From an uncultured Candidatus Rokubacteria bacterium (GTDB taxonomy: Bacteria > Methylomirabilota > Methylomirabilia > Rokubacteriales > CSP1-6): a stretch of DNA of 64,000 nt. The DNA lies in contig CAVXJS010000013.1 of the NCBI GenBank assembly GCA_963762145.1, positions 82,772-146,771 of the forward strand, in the 5' to 3' direction. Both the position numbers and the translations under genes were made by a program. The notes below the pieces were generated by a model that saw nothing but the letters and a program-made list of their open reading frames with translations, made no database searches and was not told the DNA's origin. How positions within the stretch are numbered: position 1 is the first letter of the stretch; the number at the start of each line of letters is the position of its first letter. Below are positions 56,113 to 64,000 of this stretch, piece after piece.

Positions 56113-57266
56113 ATGACGACGGCGGCGGCGTACAAGGACGGGCTCGAGGACGTGATCGCGGCGCGGTCGGCCATCTGCCAGGTGGATGGGGCGGAGGGCC
56201 GCCTCTACTACCGCGGCTACGAGATCGGCGACCTGGCGGGGCGGCCAGCTTCGAGGACGTGACGTATCTGCTCTGGTTCGGCGAGCTGCCGGCGCCGGCG
56301 CGAGCGGCGGCGTTTCGCGGCGCGCTCGCGGCCGCGCGCGACCTGCCCGCGCCCGTGCTCGCGCTGCTGCGGGGACTGCCGCGCGACTGCCACCCGCTCG
56401 ACGCCCTCCGCACGGCGGTGTCGCTGGCCGCCGCCTTCGATCCGGACACGCGCGCCGGCGACGAGGCCGCCAACGTGCGCAAGGCGCAGCGGCTGATGAG
56501 CCTGGTGCCCGCCACCGTCGCGGCGTGGCAGCGCATCCGCACCGGCCGCGAGCCGGTGGCCGCGCGGGCGGACCTCTCCCACGCCGCGCACTTCCTCTAC
56601 CTGCTCGACGGGACGGGAGCCCACCGCGGAGGTCGCGCGGGTGCTGGACCTCGTCCTCACGCTTCACGCCGACCACGAGCTGAACGCGTCGACGTTCGCG
56701 GCGCGCGTGGCCGTCGCCACGCTGGCCGACCTGCACGCCGCGGTCGCCGCCGCCGTCGCGACGCTCAAGGGCCCGCGCCACGGCGGCGCCAACGAGGACG
56801 TGCTGGCGATGCTGCTCGAGATCGGCGACCCGGCGCGCGCCGAGGCGTTCGTCGAGGCGCGGCTCGGGCGCGCGCGGCGCGCTGTCCCGGCGCGAGCGCT
56901 CCGAACCCGCGCGCGCGCATCCCCGGCTTCGGCCACCGCGTCTACAAGGTGGACGACGCGCGCGCCCGCGTGCTGCGCGGCATGGCCAAGTCCATGGCCG
57001 AGGCGACCGGCCGCGGGCGGCTCTTCGAGGTGGCGGAGCGCCTCTACGACAGCATGAGGGCGCGGACCAGCCTGCCCGTCAACGTGGACTTCTTCTCCGC
57101 GGTGGTCTACGACGCGCTCGGCATCCCGCCCGACTTCTGCACGTCGATCTTCGCGGTGGGCCGCGTCGCGGGCTGGTGCGCCCACGCGCTCGAGCAGTAC
57201 GCCGACAACCGCCTGATCCGGCCGCGCGCCGACTACATCGGCCAGCCGGCGCGCCCGCTCCCGTAG
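56113..57266 (+). CDS. Citrate/2-methylcitrate synthase family protein (several frameshifts)
   Basis: GLEDV, LYYRGY, HADHELNASTF, KGPRHGGANE, GFGHRVYK, NVDF and RLIRP motifs. Confidence 0.9.
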
Positions 57267-57280
57267 GGCCCCTCAGCAAG

Positions 57281-57367
57281 CGCCCCTCACCCTGCCCTCT
57301 CCCCAGGGGGGAGAGGGTGATTCGAGAACCCTCGCCCCCGGAGGGGGAGAGGGCAGGGTGAGGGGCG
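57281..57367. repeat. REP-like doublet between convergent genes
   Basis: Same architecture as 12420-12509; 39 nt of the right unit are identical. Confidence 0.9.
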
Positions 57368-57368
57368 G

Positions 57369-59395
57369 CTAGATCTCGCCCGGGAACTCGCTGAGCGCGG
57401 ACAGGATCGAGAGCGGCGCGGCCTGACCCAGGCCGCACAGCGAGGCCACGCGCACCACGTCGGCCAGCTCCGCCACCGCCTGACGGTCCACCGGCGCGCG
57501 GCCATCGAGCATGTCGCGCAGCCGCGCGGTGCCCTCGCGGCACGGGGTGCACTTGCCGCAGGACTCGCGCGTGTTGAAATCGAGCAGCACGCGCACCGCC
57601 TCGGCTATTGGGACCCCCGCGTGCAGGGCCGCGATGCCTCCCGTGCCCGGATTCGGGTTGCCGCCGGGGACCAGCGGCTCGTCGAAGCGGCGCGGCGGGA
57701 CGAGGATCCCCGAGGGCCCGCCGAGGGCCACCGCGGTCACGGGCCGGTCATCGGGCGCGCCCCGCCCATGCGCTCGAGCAGATCGCGCAGCGTCAGGCCG
57801 AGCTCCGCCTCGATGACCCCGGGGCGCGCCACGTGGCCGGACAGGCCGAACACCTTCGTGCCGTGGCCGCGGCCGAGCCCCGTCCACCACTCGGCGCCGC
57901 GCCCGACGATCAGCGGGACGGTGAACAGTGTTTCCACGTTGTTGATGACGGTGGGCCGCCCGTGGACGCCGGACTCGGTCGGGAACGGCGGCTTCGGTCG
58001 CGGCATCGCCCGGCGGCCCTCGAGCGATTCCATCAGCGCCGTCTCCTCGCCCAGCACGAACCCGCCCGCGCCGCGCCGGATCTCGACCGTGACCGAGAAG
58101 TCGCTGCCGAGCACGCGCTCGCCCACGAAGCCCGCCGCCCGGGCCTGGTCCAGCGCCCGCTCGACGTGGCGCGCGGCCAGATGCGCCTCGCCGTGGATGT
58201 AGAGGATCGGGCGCGTGGCGCCCGCCGCGTAGGCGGCCAGCAGCGCGCCTTCGAGGAGCCGGTGGGGATCACCCTCCAGGAGGTGCCGGTCCTTGAAGAT
58301 GCCGGGCTCGCCCTCCTCCCCGTTGACGATGAGGTACTTGACCGGGCCCGCCGCGCGGCGGGCGCCCTCCCACTTGAGCGCGGCCTGGAAGTAGGCGCCG
58401 CCGCGGCCGCGCAATCCCGCGGCCTTGATGGTCGCGATGACGCGCTCGGGCTGCGCCTCGGCCAGGGCGCGCCGGAGCGCCCCATAGGAGCCGAGCCGGA
58501 TCGCGTCGGCGATGTCGCCCGGATCGGTGACGCCGCAGCGGCTCATCAGCTCGCGCCGCTGGCCGGCGAGGAACGCGGCCACGTCGGCGTGCTCGGAGGG
58601 CGGGGCCGTGCTCACGGCCTGCAGCAGGGCGGCGGCCTGGTCGGCGGTCACGCGTGGGATCACCCGCGGGGCCTCGTCGCCACGCAGGACGGTGACGACC
58701 GGCGCGGCCCAGCACATCCCGTTGCAGCCGCCGGCGGTGACGCGGGCGGAGAGATGCAGGCGCGTGATCTCGTCACGCAGGGCGCGGAGCGTGTCGGCGG
58801 CGCCGACAGAGAGGCCGCAGGTCCCGGCCCCTACCACCAGGGTGAGCGGGGGCATGTCCGTCGCCGCGGGCCCCCTCACCCCGGCCCTCTCCCCAGAGGG
58901 GAGAGGGAGTTCGGCCGAACCCTGGACCTCGGAGGGGGAGAGGGCAGGGTGGGGGGGCGCGGCCAGCAGCCGGTCCACCGCCGCGGGTGTCACCCGCCCG
59001 CGATGCGTGCCGTCCACCTCCACCACCGGCGCCATCGCGCAGTCGAACGCGCAGTCGAGCCGCTCGAGCGTGACCGCGCCGTCCGCGGTCGTCGCGTCCG
59101 CCGCGATGCCGACGCGCCGCTCGCAGGCGTCCAGGACGTCGAGCCCGCCGCGAACGCGGCACGAGAGCCCCACGCAGACGCGCACCACGCGGTCCCCGGG
59201 CCGGGTCAGGCGGAACTCGGGATAGTGCGTGGCAACGCCGTACACCTCGCTCTTCGGCACCCGCAGATGCTCGGCCGCCTCCTCGAGCGCCGCGGGCGAG
59301 AGCCAGCGATCGCGATGCTGGAGCGCGTGCAGCGCGGGGAGCAGCCAGGTCCGCTCGCGCGGGAACCGGCTCAGGACGTCGGCGGGCTCGGACAA
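57369..59395 (-). CDS. NuoE + thioredoxin-like Fe-S + NuoF fusion (NAD-binding subunit, probably of the formate dehydrogenase; frameshift near 57740)
   Basis: VCVGLSC..CAFDC, GTCG..GCNGMC, GLRGRGGAYF, NGEEGEPG, GEETAL, NNVET and ESCGKCTPCREG motifs. Confidence 0.88.
58870..58958. repeat. REP-like doublet inserted in-frame within the NuoEF-type CDS
   Basis: CCCCCTCACCCCGGCCCTCTCCCCAGAGGGGAGAGGG...GGGGGAGAGGGCAGGGTGGGGG; encodes PPHPALSPSEVQGSAELPLPSGERAGVRG. Confidence 0.85.
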
Positions 59396-59408
59396 GGGGC
59401 GGGGCGGC

Positions 59409-60101
59409 TCAGCGCGCCGCGGGCACGGGATCGCGCAGGCCGGCCTCCGCGAAGCCCTTCTGTCGGAGCAGGCAGGAGTCGCAGGCCCCGCAGGCCCGGC
59501 CGTCGGGCTGGGGCTCATAGCAGGACCACGTGAGGCTGAAGTCCACGCCCAGCTCCGCCCCGCGCCGGACGATCTCGGCCTTGGTCAGGCGGATGAGCGG
59601 GGTGTGGATCGTGAGCCGGCTCCGGCCCTCTACGCCGGCCCTGGTCGCGAGATTCGCCATGCGCTCGAACGCCTCGATGTATTCCGGACGGCAATCGGGA
59701 TATCCCGAGTAATCAAGGGCATTTACGCCGATGAAGATGTCCTGCGACTCGAGCACCTCCGCCCAGGCCAGCGCGTGGCTCAGGAAGATGGTGTTCCGGG
59801 CCGGGACATAGGTCACGGGAATGCCCGTGGCCATGGCCTCGTCGTTGCGGCCCTTGGGCACCGGGATGTCCGCGGTCAGCGCGGAACCGCCGATGGCGCG
59901 AAGGTCGAGGCGCAGCGCGAGATGCGCCTTGGCGCCCAGGGTGGCCGCCACCCGCCGCGCGGAGTCGAGCTCGCGCTCGTGCCGCTGGCCGTAGTCAAAG
60001 GAGAGCGCGTAGCAGTCGAAGCCCTCGGCGCGGGCGACCGCGAGCGCGGTGGTCGAGTCGAGCCCGCCCGAGAGCAGGACGACCGCGCGGCGCGCCGGCA
60101 T
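59409..60101 (-). CDS. queC: 7-cyano-7-deazaguanine synthase
   Basis: [26 protein letters not shown] and TWSCY..CGACDSC motifs. Confidence 0.96.
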   Translation of the reverse strand: MPARRAVVLLSGGLDSTTALAVARAEGFDCYALSFDYGQRHERELDSARRVAATLGAKAHLALRLDLRAIGGSALTADIPVPKGRNDEAMATGIPVTYVPARNTIFLSHALAWAEVLESQDIFIGVNALDYSGYPDCRPEYIEAFERMANLATRAGVEGRSRLTIHTPLIRLTKAEIVRRGAELGVDFSLTWSCYEPQPDGRACGACDSCLLRQKGFAEAGLRDPVPAAR

Positions 60102-60775
60102 CAAACGCCTCGCTTCGCGCCCCAGGTCATGATGTGCAGCCGCGGGGAGAAGCGGAAGCCATGGGGCTTGCAGGCCTCCACCAGCCACGGCGTGCGCTCG
60201 GCCAGCTCCTCTGCCCGAAGGGCTTCCGGCTGTAGCAGGATGCGCTCACGGGGCAGCGCGAAGCGCTCGGCCAGGCGGAGCGCCTCGGCGATATCCCCGG
60301 GCTCGCCACCACGAACTTCCACCAGGCTCCGCGGGCGAGGAAGGCGCGGATGGCCCCGGCGTTGACGCCGGGCTCTCCGGGACGCCCGAGGCCGCCAGCT
60401 TGACCGAGACGTTCCACTGGATCCTCGTGTCGGCCTCGGGCGCGGGGGTCCGGGTGCCCGACGTCTCGACCTCGATGTCGTACTCCCGGGCTGCCAAGGC
60501 AGCCACCAGGGGCGGAAGAGAGCCGACTCCAGCGGCTCGCCGCCGGTGATGACGACTCGGCGGCAGGGGTAGGCGCACGCCTCGGCCAGGAGCCCGTCGA
60601 GGTCGACCTCACGGCCGGCGGCCGGGTCCCACGAGTACTTCGTGTCGCACCATCGACATCCGACGGTGCAGCCCTGCAGGCGGATGAAGACAGCCGGAAG
60701 CCCGGCGGTGGCACCTTCGCCCTGGATCGAAAAGAAGATCTCGGCGATGCGGCCGCGGTGGGTGGTCAACGCCAT
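60101..60775 (-). CDS. queE: 7-carboxy-7-deazaguanine synthase (radical SAM; frameshifts)
   Basis: [31 protein letters not shown] and PRLH motifs. Confidence 0.93.
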   Translation of the reverse strand: MALTTHRGRIAEIFFSIQGEGATAGLPAVFIRLQGCTVGCRWCDTKYSWDPAAGREVDLDGLLAEACAYPCRRVVITGGEPLESALFRPWWLPWQPGSTTSRSRRRAPGPPRPRPTRGSSGTSRSSWRPRASRRARRQRRGHPRLPRPRSLVEVRGGEPGDIAEALRLAERFALPRERILLQPEALRAEELAERTPWLVEACKPHGFRFSPRLHIMTWGAKRGV

Positions 60776-60874
60776 AAGATCCGAAGAATACTAGCATGGC
60801 GAAGCCGCTGGAAGGTCTTGCCGGGGCTGAGAACGCCTGATATAACCGAGGGCAAGTCGGACAAGGAGGGTGCC

Positions 60875-61151
60875 ATGGCCTACAGCCTGACCGATTCCCT
60901 CAAGCACAACCGCTTCAGCATCGTGTCCGTGGACAAGGCCGCCGGCACCGTCCGCGTGCGCGGCGAAGCCGAGGTGTGTACCGACCTGAGCTGTGGTGAG
61001 ACGCTGGTGGTGACCGACGAGGGCACCACGCACGACCTCGCGCAGCTCTTCGCGCTCGACATCGTCACGCTCGACCAAGAAGGACGGGCGCACCCAGCAG
61101 ATCCGCGTCGTGCTTCGCGTGTGGGAGGAGTACTCCAGCCCCGAGTGGTAG
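60875..61151 (+). CDS. Hypothetical beta-rich protein (frameshift near 61080)
   Basis: AAGGAGG RBS and TATAAC upstream; ends RVWEEYSSPEW. Confidence 0.6.
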
Positions 61152-61160
61152 GCGACGCGC

Positions 61161-61887
61161 CTACGCGATCCCGGTGTGGAGGGTCACCGTGCCCAGTCCG
61201 AGGCGCGGAAGGTCACGCCGCGCAGGCCGACCTTCTCCATCAGGCGCGCCAGCTCGGGCGGGGTGAGGAAGCGGTCGACCGACTGCGGCAGATAGGTGTA
61301 GGCCTCGCGGTCGCCGCCGACGAGCCGGCCGATCGCCGGGACCACGCGGTGGAAGTAGAAGCGGAACAGCGGGGTGAAGCCGGCGAGCGTCACCTGGGTG
61401 ATCTCGAGCGCGACCACGCGGCCGCCCGGACGCGTCACGCGCTTCATCTCGCGAGGCCCTGCTCGAGGTCGGCGAGGTTCCGCAGCAGGAACGCCGAGGT
61501 CACGCAGGCGAAGGTGCGATCCGCGAAGGGCAGCGCGAGCGCGTCGGCCGCGAGCAGGCGGACGCGGCGCGCCGCGTCGAGCGCTTCGAGCTTCTCCCGC
61601 GCCACCGCGAGCATGCCGAGCGAGAAGTCGGCGCCGACGACGTCGCGGTGCGGGTGCACCTCGGAGAGCTCGAGCGCGAGGTCGGCGGTGCCGGTGGCGA
61701 GGTCCAGCGCGGGGCCCGTCGGGCGAGGGGATGGTCTCCCGCGCGGCCGCGCGCCGCCAGCGTGGTGCATGCCGAAGGTCATCAGCCCGTTCATCAGGTC
61801 GTAGCGGCCGGCGATGCGCGAGAACATCTCGCTCACGAAGCGCGCCTTGTCGGCCCGCCGGCGCGAGCGCGCTCGGTCCCGCTCGAG
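61161..61887 (-). CDS. UbiE/MenG-family (demethylmenaquinone) methyltransferase (frameshifts; start approximate)
   Basis: MFSRIAGRYDLMN, LDLATGTAD, DALALPF, LRN and AYTYLPQSV motifs. Confidence 0.88.
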
Positions 61888-62731
61888 GTCGCCACGGCCC
61901 CGAGCACCGCGGCGAGCAGGATCACCGCGATGTAGCCGTTGACGTTGAAGAAGGCCATGTCCAGGCGCGAGAGGTCGACGGGCGACACCAGCGAGTGCTC
62001 GTAGACGAGGAGCGCGGCGACGGCGAGCACGCCGACCCAGTAGAGGAGGCCGAGCCCGATCATCCAGCCGAGCAGCGCGAAGGCGGCGACGGTGAGCACG
62101 TGGCAGACCGCGCGGAGGTCGAGCGCGGGGGCGATCCCGAAGCGCGCGGGAATCGAGTGGAGCCCCTGGCGCGGTCGAACGCGACGTCCTGGCACGCGTA
62201 GATCAGGTCGAAGCCGGCGATCCACACGGTGAGCGCGAACCAGAGCACGAACACCGGCGGATCGAAGGCCGCCGCGCACCGCGATCCAGCCGCCCGCCGC
62301 GGCGATGCCGTCGGTGAACCCGAGGATCCAGTGCGAGAGCCACGTGAAGCGCTTGGTGTAGGAGTAGCCGACGAGGAACAGGGCGGCGAGCGGGAGCAGC
62401 GCCAGGCAGAGCGGGTTGAGCATCCACGCGGAGACGAGCAGCAGCGCGGCCGCAGGACGCGCGGCGACGCGTCGACCTGGCGGCGAGAGCAGCCCCGCGG
62501 GCAGGTGCCGTCTGCGGGTGCGCGGGTTCGCCGCGTCGATAAGCGGTCGGCGAGGCGGTTGACGCTCATCGCGAGCGTGCGCGCGCCGACCATCGCGAGC
62601 GTCACCCAGACGAGCACGCGCCAGCCCGGCCAGCCGTCGGCGGCCAGCACCATCGCGACATAGGCGAAGGGCAGGGCGAAGACGGTGTGCTCGAACTTGA
62701 TCGCGTCGAGGAAGTGGCGGACGGCGGGCAC
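61884..62731 (-). CDS. UbiA-family prenyltransferase (MqnP-like; frameshifts; end approximate)
   Basis: IKFEHTVFALPFA, NR..D..ID..NPRT, YSYTKRFT and GFDLIYACQD motifs. Confidence 0.88.
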
Positions 62732-62746
62732 GGCAGGCGGGCGGGC

Positions 62747-64000
62747 CTAGAGCCCGTACTCGGTCCAGCGCCGCGCTCACGAGCGCGCGGACGTCGTCGC
62801 TCATGACGATCTCCTCGGGCCACGGCTGGCCGATGCCGTCCATCTCGCGTCTTCTCGGTGGCGTCGATGCCGAGCTTGCCGCCGAAGCGGTGGCGGATCG
62901 CGGCGTGGTCGAGGTCGTCCATCGGCCCGTCCACGAGGACGAGGTCGCGCTTGGGATCGATGTTGCCGGTGGCGCGCCACGCGACCTCGGAGAGGTCGTG
63001 CACGTTCACGTGCTCGGAGACGACCACGATGGTCTTGGCGAGCATCATGAGCCCGAGGCCCCAGAGCGCGTACATCACCTTGCGCGCGTGGCCGGGGTAG
63101 CGCTTCTTGATCGAGACGATGACGAGGTTGTGGAACACGCCCTCGGCCGGCATGTTCATGTCCACGATCTCCGGCAGCATCATCCGGATGATGGGCAGGA
63201 AGATGCGCTCGGTGGCCTTGCCCGAGCCAGTAGTCCTCCTGGGGCGGCCGGCCCACGATCGTGGTCGGGTAGATCGGGTTCTTGCGGTGGGTGATCGCGC
63301 GGTGAGGTGGAACACCGGGTAGTCGCGGGCCAGCGAGTAGTAGCCGGTGTGATCGCCGAACGGGCCCTCGAGCCGCCGCTCGGCGGGATCGACGTAGCCC
63401 TCGAGCACGATCTCGGCGTCCGCCGGCACCTCCACGTCCACCGTCTTGCACTGGACCATCGGCACGCCCGAGCCGCGCAGCCAGCCCGCGAAGACCATCT
63501 CGTCGATGCCGGGCGGCAGCGGCGCCGAGCCCGAGTAGATCGCGATGGGATCGCCGCCGAGCGCGATGGCGACCTCCATGCGGCTCCCGGCCGCTCCTCG
63601 GCGAGCGCGCTGGTGCTCGGCCGAGCCCTTGTGGAGCTGCCAGTGCATGCCGAGGGTGCTGGTCGTCGAACACCTGCAGGCGGTACATGCCGACGTTGCG
63701 CGCGCCGGTGAGCGGATCGCGCGTGAACACCATCGGCAGCGTGATGTAGCGCCCGGCGTCGCCGGCCAGCAGCGGAGCACGGGCAGCGCGGCGAGCGACG
63801 GCTGGTCGGTCTCCACGACCTCCTGGCATGCGGCGGAGCGCACGCGCTGGGGCCCGGCCTTGGCGACGTCGAACAGGTCGCCGAGCTTGCGGAGCTTGTC
63901 GAAGACCGAGCCCGGCATGCGCAGGTCGACGAGCTTCGCGACGCGCGCGGAGAGCTCGTCGAGGCGCTCGACGCCGAGCGCCGCGGCCATCCGCTCGGGA
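62747..64000 (-). CDS. UbiD-family menaquinone biosynthesis decarboxylase (frameshifts; 5'-truncated by the window)
   Basis: RNVGMYR, EGPFGDHTGYY, SIKKRYPGHA and GGKLGIDAT motifs. Confidence 0.9.

Noticed and set aside
59409-60875. Deazaguanine DNA-modification (dpd) island or preQ1 riboswitch
   Set aside because: No dpdA/tgt-like gene nearby and no riboswitch motif recognised; ordinary queuosine biosynthesis suffices
56200-64000. Broken citrate synthase, queE, ubiE, ubiA and ubiD, and an apparent UbiA-UbiE fusion
   Set aside because: Same regional indel pattern; the junction near 61885 cannot be trusted

Overview
A very GC-rich (roughly 70%, estimated by eye) bacterial chromosomal segment. 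The gene families suggest Ca. Rokubacteria/Methylomirabilota (inference: orphan ABC_sub_bind protein, DUF222-HNH, Zn-ribbon/cyclase/STAND protein, futalosine-type mqn genes). Most of it is housekeeping and metabolic: a branched-chain-type ABC transporter with acyl-CoA genes, fsa/tal, uvrA, pyk, aminotransferases, a chromate-resistance cluster, peptidoglycan-remodelling genes, an NAD-linked formate dehydrogenase, citrate synthase, queCE and menaquinone genes. Clustered 1-bp indels break many conserved genes (about 19.9-23.7, 29.7-33.9, 39.5-41.4 and 56.2-64 kb) and look like long-read consensus errors, so coordinates there are approximate. Highlights: (1) a complete 2245-bp IS1595-family element with 23-bp IRs and an 8-bp TSD, carrying a DUF3800-like plus Zn-ribbon cargo expressed from a promoter in its right IR; (2) an ECF sigma / Ogt-AdaZn fusion / 2OG-oxygenase operon that could be an AraC-free alkylation response; (3) an unannotated candidate selenoprotein (TGA in a UPHC thioredoxin motif); (4) a 22-bp LexA-like box shared by a DNA-repair radical SAM gene and an unknown gene; (5) a REP-like palindromic family with one copy translated in-frame inside a NuoEF-type protein; (6) widespread apparent leaderless genes. 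No rRNA, tRNA or CRISPR array was recognised. All calls come from reading the sequence; no searches were run.
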